Shown: in pieces, positions 11,429 through 19,237 of the stretch | How positions within the stretch are numbered: the first letter of the stretch is position 1 | Layout: each line of letters begins with the position of its first letter | Position numbers and translations under genes: made by a program | Notes under the pieces: generated by a model | Told to the model about the DNA's origin: nothing | What the model saw: the letters and a program-made list of their open reading frames with translations, nothing else | Databases searched by the model: none | Assembly: GCA_963775425.1 (NCBI GenBank) | Contig: CAVZJB010000016.1 | Span: forward strand, 192,001 to 256,000 | DNA length: 64,000 bases | Reading direction: 5' to 3' | DNA from: an uncultured delta proteobacterium | Lineage (GTDB): Bacteria > Myxococcota > UBA727 > VGSZ01

Positions 11429-12618
11429 GCCGGGCGAAGGGGTTGGCGCTCCTCGCGGGCGTCGCTCTCCTGTGCGGCGCCGCGTCGCCCGAGGCGCGAC
11501 AGGTCTACGCCAAGATCTGGCGCGCGCAGGTGGTGCAGGGGTACCCGTGCTTCCTGTCGGCGTTCCTGCCGCCGTCGGACAACGAGCACTGCATCTCGTG
11601 GACGCGCCGGGAGACGGCGGGCCCCGCGTTCCACCCGGAGACCGGCGTCGTCGTCGTCGGCGGCAGCGACAAGATGCTTCACGCCCTCGACGCCCATGAC
11701 GGATCGCTCATGTGGAGGGTGCCCACGCCGGGCGCGGTCGTCTCGCAGCCGACGCTGTTCGACGACGGCGTCTTCTTCGGCACGGACGACGGCCACGTCG
11801 TACGCGCGGACGTCACGTCGGGCCGCACGCGCTGGGACGTCGTCGTGGACGCCGAGGTCGACGAGCCGCCGGTCATCGACGACGACCTCGTCCTCGTCGT
11901 CACGGGCGCCGACACGCTGTACGCGCTGCAGCGAAAGACCGGCGAGGCCGCGTGGTCCTACAAGCACCCGCTGCCGCAGGGCATCACGCTGCGCGGCCAG
12001 TCCAAGCCGCTCGTCACCGTGGTGCCGACGTCGGACGGCCCCAAGCGCCGCGTGTTCGTCGGGCACGCCAGCGGACGCTTGACCATCCTCGACAGGGACA
12101 CCGGCACCGTCGTCGACGAGCTCAACATCTCCGGCGACGCGCCCTTCGGCGACCTGGACGCCGACCCCTTCGTGCAAAACGGTCACCTCGTCGTCGCCTC
12201 CAACACCCGCGGCGTCCTCGCGCTCGATCTGCAGTCGGGCGCGGAGCTGTGGCGGCAACCGGAGACGGGCATCGTCCGGCTCGCGCGCGGCGGAAACCAC
12301 ATGATCGTGGCCGCCGGCGCCAAGAAGGTGCTCGGCCTCGACGCGCGCTCCGGCGCCATCCGCTGGCGCTTCACGTTCGACCGCGGCGCGCCCACGCGCA
12401 TCGTGGTGAAGGGCGGGCGCGCGCACGTCGGCAGCGACCGCGGCTCGCTGTACATCCTCGACTTGTTCTCGGGCCGTCCGCTCCAGTACGTCGGCTCCGG
12501 CGTCGGCTTCGCCGCCGATCCGTTCCTCTGGAACGATATGCTCTTCGCCACGACCACCGCGGGGGACGTGATCGCCATGAGCAACGCCTTCCGCGGTTTG
12601 GTGCAAGACCGGCACTGA
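11425..12618 (+). CDS. PQQ-like beta-propeller protein (BamB-like)
   Basis: Repeats LHALDAHDGSLMW, LYALQRKTGEAAW, VLALDLQSGAELW, VLGLDARSGAIRW; signal peptide. Confidence 0.8.
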   Translation: MSRAKGLALLAGVALLCGAASPEARQVYAKIWRAQVVQGYPCFLSAFLPPSDNEHCISWTRRETAGPAFHPETGVVVVGGSDKMLHALDAHDGSLMWRVPTPGAVVSQPTLFDDGVFFGTDDGHVVRADVTSGRTRWDVVVDAEVDEPPVIDDDLVLVVTGADTLYALQRKTGEAAWSYKHPLPQGITLRGQSKPLVTVVPTSDGPKRRVFVGHASGRLTILDRDTGTVVDELNISGDAPFGDLDADPFVQNGHLVVASNTRGVLALDLQSGAELWRQPETGIVRLARGGNHMIVAAGAKKVLGLDARSGAIRWRFTFDRGAPTRIVVKGGRAHVGSDRGSLYILDLFSGRPLQYVGSGVGFAADPFLWNDMLFATTTAGDVIAMSNAFRGLVQDRH

Positions 12619-12631
12619 CCGAGGAGCCCGT

Positions 12632-13063
12632 GTGACGGGAGCGCCGCGTTCAAAGAAGCACATCCGGGTCGTCGCGGCGCTCATCCGCCAGGGCGGCAAG
12701 GTGCTCCTGACGCAGCGAAAGCCCGGGAAGCACCTGGGGCTGTCCTGGGAGTTTCCGGGCGGCAAGGTCGAGGCCGGCGAGACCGACGACGAGGCCTTGC
12801 GCCGCGAGATGCGCGAAGAGCTCGGGGTGGTGGTGACCGTCGGCTCGCGCTGCTTCGAGACCCGGCACCAGTACGGCGCCCGTGAGATGCACCTGTTGGT
12901 GTACCGCTGCCGGCTGATCGAAGGGGTCCCGCAGGCGCTCGACGTCCACAACTGGGAGTGGGTCGAGGAGCGCCGCATCCAGGAGCGCGAGTTCCTGCCG
13001 GCGGACATGCCGCTCGTCCACGGGCTGGCGCACGGGCTGATTGGCGACGACCCGCCCGCCTAG
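12632..13063 (+). CDS. NUDIX hydrolase, MutT/NudG family
   Basis: WEFPGGKVEAGETDDEALRREMREELG Nudix box; FLPAD motif. Confidence 0.92.
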   Translation: MTGAPRSKKHIRVVAALIRQGGKVLLTQRKPGKHLGLSWEFPGGKVEAGETDDEALRREMREELGVVVTVGSRCFETRHQYGAREMHLLVYRCRLIEGVPQALDVHNWEWVEERRIQEREFLPADMPLVHGLAHGLIGDDPPA

Positions 13064-13151
13064 CCCGCTGCACCCCTCGAACCCGGCACCGCGCCCGACT
13101 GCGCTGCACACCCGCGAACCCGGCACCCGCGCCCGCTGCACCCCCCGAACC
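13064..13151 (+). repeat. Three imperfect direct repeats (CGCTGCAC..CGAACCCGGCACC) immediately left of dif
   Basis: cgctgcacccctcgaacccggcaccgcgccc / cgctgcacacccgcgaacccggcacccgcgcc / cgctgcaccccccgaacc. Confidence 0.75.
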
Positions 13152-13155
13152 ACCA

Positions 13156-13183
13156 AGTTAACATAAGATGCATTATCGAACAT
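13156..13183 (-). other. dif: dif site (XerC/XerD chromosome dimer resolution site)
   Basis: The minus strand reads ATGTTCGATAA-TGCATC-TTATGTTAACT, an 11-6-11 layout. The right arm differs from the E. coli XerD arm TTATGTTAAAT at one base. It is an AT-rich island between convergent genes. Confidence 0.88.
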
Positions 13184-13283
13184 TCACGCCGCATGAGACC
13201 GACCGACCCAGCGCGGGCTCAGGTCAGCCGCGTGCGGGCTCGGGCCGGCCCCGGGGTCAGCGGGGGTCAGACGAGCGCGAGCG

Positions 13284-13670
13284 TCAGCGGCCCATGCGGT
13301 GGCACTTGATGCACTCGGTCTTCGGCGGGTGGTGGCGGCCGCGGCACGGGGCGGCGCCGGGAACCGGCGGGTCCGAGCACACGGCGTGGCACGAGATGCA
13401 CCCGCTGTTGATGTGCTCCTCCACGGCCTTCTTGTCGTAGACGAAGCCCGGCGTGCTCGCCGGCGCCGCCAGGTCGACGGCCGGGTCCGTCTCCACGCCG
13501 ATGAGCTCGTTTTTCAGGTTGAAGCGCAGCGTGTGCGGCGCGGTGCCCTTGGGCATGTCCGGCGGGTGCCCCTGGGCCCCGAGGATGATGAACGTCGTGA
13601 GCACGCCGCCCATGACGACGAAGAACACGATGCTGGCGATGGCCTTTCGGCTCAGAACAGTCCGGCTCAA
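13284..13670 (-). CDS. Small membrane-anchored diheme c-type cytochrome
   Basis: N-terminal TM; two heme motifs CISCH and CIKCH; HPPDMP and HHPPKTEC segments reminiscent of NapB-like diheme proteins. Confidence 0.75.
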   Translation of the reverse strand: MSRTVLSRKAIASIVFFVVMGGVLTTFIILGAQGHPPDMPKGTAPHTLRFNLKNELIGVETDPAVDLAAPASTPGFVYDKKAVEEHINSGCISCHAVCSDPPVPGAAPCRGRHHPPKTECIKCHRMGR

Positions 13671-14827
13671 AACGGCGACCCCTCGACGAAAGCGTCGGTG
13701 TGTTGCAGGCCCGCCAACGCGCCGCGCACGGTGACTGTTCCCGCGACCCAGCTCTGACCGAGCGCGGGGTTGACCGCAACCGGTCCGAACCAGCCGACGT
13801 GCTCCCCATTGAACGAGACCCGCACCATGGCGGTCATCGGCGGCCCCGCGGCCCCCGGCACCACGGCCACCCGCACGACGTCGCCGTCGCGGGTGTCCAC
13901 GCGCAACGCCTCGTCGCCGCGCACCGCCGGCGCGCGGCTCTGAAACAGCGGCTCACAGCCCGCCGCAGGGTCCGCGAACGAGCACAGCACCGGCTCCTCG
14001 CGGTCGAGCTCGACGGCGAGATGGAGCTGCCCCGGGTCCGGCCCCGAAAACGCCAGGCCGAGCTCGAGGCCGGCGCCGTCGTCGCCGGTGCCGACGACGC
14101 CGAAGCCGCAGCGGTGGGCGACGCCGTCGGCGTCGGCGAGGTCGAGCCACACGATCTCCGCGCCGTGCACCAGCGGCACCGCCACGTCGCTCACGCTGGT
14201 CACGCCGTTTCCCACCAGCACGTGCGGCGACGGCAGCCCGACCACCGGCTCCGTGAACACGAACGCCCGCGCCGCCGGCCTGTCGAACGTCGCCGACATC
14301 GGCAGCGTCAACAGCCGGCCCGCGTCCGCCTCGTGGTCCGCGGCGATGGTCGCGCCCTCGTACGCGTTCGGCGGCCCGTGGAGCTCCTCCTCGATGGAGT
14401 GCAGGCCGCCCGCCGACGTGAGCGAAGCGGCGATGTGGAAGTCCTGCCCGACGGCGCGCAGCCCCGGGATGGTCACCTGCGACGTCACGGACTCCCCGGG
14501 CCCCTTGCCCTGGACCTCCACGTCGTGCGGCAGGAACGGCGCGCACGGATCGCCGGGGTGGTTCACGGCGCGATCGACGTGGACGGTGGCGCTCGGCCCG
14601 GCGAACGTGACCTCGACGACTGCGGTGAACACGTCGTCGACGCTGTCGCCGGGCTGCGGCGACACCCACCGGATCTGGCCCGCCTGGCTCGTGACGCACA
14701 GCCCGTCGGCGCTGCAGTCGAAGCCCACGTTGCAGTCCCGGTTGTGCGAGCACTCGGGCCGGCACCCCCCGGCGACGGCGGCGGCGGCGAGCCCGGCGGC
14801 GACGACGACGGCGCGCGCGCGCGTCAT
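13667..14827 (-). CDS. Hypothetical lipoprotein with a Cys-rich N-terminal module
   Basis: MTRARAVVVAAGLAAAAVAGGC lipobox, then CSHNRDCNVGFDCSADGLC; 4-nt overlaps with both neighbours. Confidence 0.7.
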   Translation of the reverse strand: MTRARAVVVAAGLAAAAVAGGCRPECSHNRDCNVGFDCSADGLCVTSQAGQIRWVSPQPGDSVDDVFTAVVEVTFAGPSATVHVDRAVNHPGDPCAPFLPHDVEVQGKGPGESVTSQVTIPGLRAVGQDFHIAASLTSAGGLHSIEEELHGPPNAYEGATIAADHEADAGRLLTLPMSATFDRPAARAFVFTEPVVGLPSPHVLVGNGVTSVSDVAVPLVHGAEIVWLDLADADGVAHRCGFGVVGTGDDGAGLELGLAFSGPDPGQLHLAVELDREEPVLCSFADPAAGCEPLFQSRAPAVRGDEALRVDTRDGDVVRVAVVPGAAGPPMTAMVRVSFNGEHVGWFGPVAVNPALGQSWVAGTVTVRGALAGLQHTDAFVEGSPF

Positions 14828-17655
14828 GTCCCGCACCCCGCCCGGTACGTGACGGCGACGTCGGCGCCGGCCGGCGGGTCGTCGTCGAGGAACACGTCGC
14901 GGCCGTCGACCGTGAAGCTCACCGGGGCGCCGTTCACCGTCACCGTCACCGTCGAAGGATCGGGATCGGCGCCCACGCGGAAGCGCCGCTGCAGGCCGAA
15001 GGTCGCCTGCCCGACCTGCGACAGTTGCGTGCCCCAGGCGTCGTCCTGGATGTTCAGCACGACGCCCGCGAACGCCGACGCCACGGCCTCGTAGCGCGGC
15101 GAGAACGCCGGCGTGACCACCACCGACACGAGCACCGGCGTGTTGTCGAGGTTTCCGCCCTTGAGCCCGCCGAGGAGCTCTATGTAGCTGTCGACGGGCC
15201 GGACCAGGCTCGCGTCGAAGCCCGCGAGGGATTCGTCGCCGCCGTTGTCGTCCTCGTCGGACACGATGACCACCGAGAGCGCGGCGTTGCCGCGCAAAAA
15301 GCCGGCGTTGTCCGTGTCTGCGAAGTCGGACAGCGCCCGCCTCATGGCCTCCAGGCCGAGCTCGATGCCCGCGCCGTCGACGCCCACGCGCGCCTGGTCG
15401 GCGAAGGTGGCCGAGACGTTGTGGCTGTTGCGCGTGAGGAACGGGCCGACCTCGGGCCCGCCGGTGCCGTTGATGACGTCGGTGGTGGTGACGGCGATGT
15501 GGAAGTCGACGCTGCCGGCGAACGCGGAGTCGATGAAGGTGTCGAAGTTTTGCGCGAGCCGATCCTGGTCGTCGGCCATGGAGCCCGAGTTGTCGACGAC
15601 GAACAGCACGTCCACCGCCTGCACGTCGGCGGCCGTGAAGTGCTCGGTGATGTCCTCGCCTTGCGGCACCACCGTGAGCTCCACGCGCACCGCGGCCTCG
15701 ACGATGTCGGTGACGGCCTGCACGGCGGCGTCGTACACGCCCGGGGCCGCGGCAAAGGACGACACCCCGACGCTCACGGAGCCGCCCGCCACCACCGAAG
15801 CCGGCAGGTGCCCCACGCCGAGCGCGAACGGCGCCGCCGGGTCGTCGAGCACGATGTCGTTGACGACGACGGTGTCGCTGCCCGCGTTCACGAACGTGGC
15901 GGTGCGATCGGCGGCGGTGCACCCCTCGACGACGGGGCCTATCGACAGGAGCGCCGGCTCGCCCACGAGCGTGCCGGTCACCCCGCGCGCCGTGGCCGAC
16001 ACCAGGAGCGGGCCGGGCGTCCCCGCGTAGGTCACCGAGGCGAACGCGCTGCGCTGGCCCTCCTCGGCGGCGTGGTACGCGAACGAGATGGGCGCGCTCC
16101 GGCCCGGGTCGATGGTGCGCGCGTTGACGGCGGAGAACGAGAAGCCGGGATCGAAGGCGAAGCCGGGCGCGCGGCCGGCGTCGTCGAGGACGCAGGGCGC
16201 GTCGCCGATGTTCTGCACCACGACGCTGCCGGTGGCCCCCTGCCCGATCTTGATGGAGCCGAGCGCCGCGTTGGGCGCGGGCGCGCGAGGCTGGCAGCCG
16301 GTGGTCCCCGACAGGAAGGACATGGGCAGCGTGACGTCGTCGAGGCCGGCGGCCGAGGCCACCACCCGCCCCGCGGCGCCGCCCGCGTCGGCGTCGGCGG
16401 GGGCGGCGGTGGCGCGCACGGTGAACAGGAGGCTCTCCCCAGGCAAGAGCGGCCCCGTGGGCGGCGCCGCCAGATCGAAGGCGAAGGCCTGGCCCACCAC
16501 GGTCACCGCGCCGACGTCGGCGGCGACGGTGCCGACGGAGCGAACGACGACGTCGAGCGTGCGGCTGTCGCCCGGATCGAGCACCCCGAAATTGGCGACC
16601 TGCGGCAACAGCTCGATGGCGGGGCCGTCGCTCGAGCCCTCGATCGGCACGAGCACGTCGCTCGAGACGGGGTCGTTGCTGCGCACGCGGAGCGTGGACT
16701 CGAGCGCGCCGAGGGCGTGCGCGGGCGCGTAGCGGAGCGTGAGCGTGGCGACGCCGCGCTCGTGGATGACGACCGGGAGCGTGACGTCCTCGGCGGAGAG
16801 CTGGTCGCCGTGGGCCGTGAGCAGATCGACGCTGGTGATGACGAGATCGCCGACGCCGCTGTTGCGCGCGGCCAGGACCACCGTGCCGGTGTCGCCGACG
16901 GCGACGGCGCCGAAGTCCGCGGTGCGTGGCTCGATGTCGAGCCGCGGCGCGGTGCCGAGGCCGGAGAGCGCGACCTCCGGGCCACAGTCCGGACCGCAGA
17001 TCTCGAGCACGGCGCGGCCGGAGAAGCTGCCGCCGTGGGCGGGCGCGAAGGTGACGGGCACCGAGACGGCGGCGCCGGGCTCGACGCGGACGTCGACGCG
17101 GGTGGCACCGCCCGCGGCGAAGCCCTCGCCGCTGACGACCAGGGGCGCGTCGAGGGCGGCGTCGCCGGTGTTTTCGACGCGCACCGGGAGATTGGCCGAG
17201 CGCAGGGCGTCGATGGAGCCGAAGTCGAGCGCCGCCGGCGACACGACCACCTGGGCGGGGGCCGCGTGGCCGGTCAGGGGAACGGTGACGTCGCCGTCGG
17301 GCCCGTGGACCACGAGGCTGCCCTGGAGGTCGCCCTCCACCTGGGGCCGGAACACGACGTCCTCGCTGCAGAAGGCCCGGGGGGCCAGGGGCAGCGCGCA
17401 GGGCGCGGCCTCGAGGAAGCCGTCGCCGGACAGCTCCGGGGCGGCGTCGGGGGCGTACGGCCCGTTGCCGTCGTTGGCGATGGCCACGGCCCGGTGCGCG
17501 GCCGCGCCCACGGGCACCGAGCCGAAATCCACGGACCCGGGCGCGATGCGCAGGGTGACGACCACGGCGGACACCGGATCTTCGCCGCATCCCCCGGAGG
17601 CGAGGAGCGCCCCGGACACCAGAATCACGGGCGCGAAGCGCGCGGCGGGCCGCAT
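14824..17655 (-). CDS. Large lipoprotein with repeated Ig-like (choice-of-anchor D/ASH-like) domains and a C-terminal vWA domain
   Basis: Lipobox ASGGC; repeated DFGSV...N.G motifs; MIDAS-like VDVLFVVDNSGSM; FLRGNAALSVVIVSDEDD. Confidence 0.85.
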   Translation of the reverse strand: MRPAARFAPVILVSGALLASGGCGEDPVSAVVVTLRIAPGSVDFGSVPVGAAAHRAVAIANDGNGPYAPDAAPELSGDGFLEAAPCALPLAPRAFCSEDVVFRPQVEGDLQGSLVVHGPDGDVTVPLTGHAAPAQVVVSPAALDFGSIDALRSANLPVRVENTGDAALDAPLVVSGEGFAAGGATRVDVRVEPGAAVSVPVTFAPAHGGSFSGRAVLEICGPDCGPEVALSGLGTAPRLDIEPRTADFGAVAVGDTGTVVLAARNSGVGDLVITSVDLLTAHGDQLSAEDVTLPVVIHERGVATLTLRYAPAHALGALESTLRVRSNDPVSSDVLVPIEGSSDGPAIELLPQVANFGVLDPGDSRTLDVVVRSVGTVAADVGAVTVVGQAFAFDLAAPPTGPLLPGESLLFTVRATAAPADADAGGAAGRVVASAAGLDDVTLPMSFLSGTTGCQPRAPAPNAALGSIKIGQGATGSVVVQNIGDAPCVLDDAGRAPGFAFDPGFSFSAVNARTIDPGRSAPISFAYHAAEEGQRSAFASVTYAGTPGPLLVSATARGVTGTLVGEPALLSIGPVVEGCTAADRTATFVNAGSDTVVVNDIVLDDPAAPFALGVGHLPASVVAGGSVSVGVSSFAAAPGVYDAAVQAVTDIVEAAVRVELTVVPQGEDITEHFTAADVQAVDVLFVVDNSGSMADDQDRLAQNFDTFIDSAFAGSVDFHIAVTTTDVINGTGGPEVGPFLTRNSHNVSATFADQARVGVDGAGIELGLEAMRRALSDFADTDNAGFLRGNAALSVVIVSDEDDNGGDESLAGFDASLVRPVDSYIELLGGLKGGNLDNTPVLVSVVVTPAFSPRYEAVASAFAGVVLNIQDDAWGTQLSQVGQATFGLQRRFRVGADPDPSTVTVTVNGAPVSFTVDGRDVFLDDDPPAGADVAVTYRAGCGT

Positions 17656-17744
17656 TCGAGCATCGTACCACTCTGCCCACTTGCAGGTTGGGCCCCGATG
17701 GTGCTTTCGTCCCGCGACGGCGGGGACCGAGCGGGAGTGCGTCG

Positions 17745-18080
17745 ATGGAAGAGGTCGAGATTATCGGGACCTTCGACAGCGAGGAGACCGCGCGCGCCGT
17801 GGCCAAGGCGCTGAATGCGTTCTTCACGTGGCTGATGGAGGGCGACCGCGAAGGCGACGTGCCTCCGTTCTTCGACGACTTCGGTCTGTCCACGGAGGAC
17901 TACGTCATCGACGAGGGCGACATCGACTGGCCCGAGCCGCCGCGCGCGCGCGTGCGAGGACCCAAGGTTGCCATCGCGGCCGAGACCAGCCAGACCATCG
18001 ACACGCTGTCGGAGCTCATCGAGGCGCTCGGCGCGTTCGACGTGTACCAGGCAGACGACGAAGACGAAGACGAGGACTGA
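17745..18080 (+). CDS. Small acidic hypothetical protein
   Basis: GGGAG SD-like sequence upstream, strong codon bias, first gene of a tight three-gene run. Confidence 0.7.
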   Translation: MEEVEIIGTFDSEETARAVAKALNAFFTWLMEGDREGDVPPFFDDFGLSTEDYVIDEGDIDWPEPPRARVRGPKVAIAAETSQTIDTLSELIEALGAFDVYQADDEDEDED

Positions 18081-18084
18081 CACC

Positions 18085-19230
18085 ATGCGTACCCTGATCC
18101 TGCTCCTGTCCCTCGCCGCCGCCGTCGGCTGCACCAAGCACGACAACGACAAGCCCGCCGAGCCGAAGAAGCCCGCCGCGCCCGAGGCCCCCAAGGGCTC
18201 CGATCCGCTCTGCGTGGGCAAGCCCACGACCACGCCGGAAGAAAAGATGGAGATCGCGGGCAAGACCTACGACCGCAAGGGCTCCACCATCACGCTCGAA
18301 GGCAACGACGCCGACGACGAGTTCATCCTCGGCCAGATCAGCGACGTGAAGGATCACAACCCCGACAACGCCGCCAACCTGCAGGTGTTGCTCGGCTGGA
18401 TGAAGAACGAGAAGGTCGACGCCATCGCGGTCACCGGCGACCTCGGGGAGACCGAGGACTCCATCGAGAAGGTGCTGCACGACGTCGCCGGCGTCGGCGT
18501 CCCCGTGCTCGCGATCATCGGAAACCGCGAGTGCCGCGATCACTGGGATCAGGCCGTGAAGGCGGTGCAGAAGGACTTCAAGAACGTCATCAACATGAAC
18601 CTCGTGCGCGTGTTCAACACCGACGACGCGTCGGTGGTCTCCATGCCCGGCTACTACAACCGCGCGTACCTCCACTGCGCCGACGGCTGCGAATACACGC
18701 CCGACGACGTGAACGCCCTCCCCGACGTCGCCAAGGCCGCCACCGGCCCGGTGAACATCCTCATCTCGCACGGGCCGCCGCTGCAGGCGGGCCCCCTGGC
18801 CATCGACCGCATCCACGAGGGTGCCAACGTCGGCGACCCCGCGCTCGCGGAGCTGCTGCAGAAGAACCCGACGCTCTTCCCCTTCGGCCTGTTCGGCAAC
18901 ATCCAGGAGGCCGGCGGCTACGCCACCGACCTGAGCGGCAAGACCCGCGTCGCCGCCGAGACCTACGTCGACTCGTTCTACCTGAACCCCGGCCCGGCGG
19001 ACGCCGTGCGCTGGGTGATGCTCGACGGCACGGAGTCGGTGGGCATGGCCGGCCTCGTCAAGGTCAAGGGCAAGCAGGCGTCGTACAAGGTCTACCGGAT
19101 CAAGCCCGGCGAGGCGAAGGTCGCGCCCGCGGCCGGCGACAAGGCCGACGGCGACAAGGTCGGCGACGCCAAGGGCGGCGACAAGCCCGAGAAGCCCGCG
19201 ACGCCGTCGCCCGCCGCCGGAACGCACTGA
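18085..19230 (+). CDS. Metallophosphoesterase-fold lipoprotein with degenerate metal ligands
   Basis: Lipobox AAVGC; motifs ISDVK, VTGDLG, IIGNRE, ISHGPP, LFGNIQE, LNPG in calcineurin-like order. Confidence 0.8.
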   Translation: MRTLILLLSLAAAVGCTKHDNDKPAEPKKPAAPEAPKGSDPLCVGKPTTTPEEKMEIAGKTYDRKGSTITLEGNDADDEFILGQISDVKDHNPDNAANLQVLLGWMKNEKVDAIAVTGDLGETEDSIEKVLHDVAGVGVPVLAIIGNRECRDHWDQAVKAVQKDFKNVINMNLVRVFNTDDASVVSMPGYYNRAYLHCADGCEYTPDDVNALPDVAKAATGPVNILISHGPPLQAGPLAIDRIHEGANVGDPALAELLQKNPTLFPFGLFGNIQEAGGYATDLSGKTRVAAETYVDSFYLNPGPADAVRWVMLDGTESVGMAGLVKVKGKQASYKVYRIKPGEAKVAPAAGDKADGDKVGDAKGGDKPEKPATPSPAAGTH

Positions 19231-19237
19231 GCGCACG

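Noticed and set aside
13064-13151. Possible mini-CRISPR or iterons
   Set aside because: The repeats are degenerate with 0-5 nt between them, and there is no cas or rep gene; they are treated as dif-flanking motifs.
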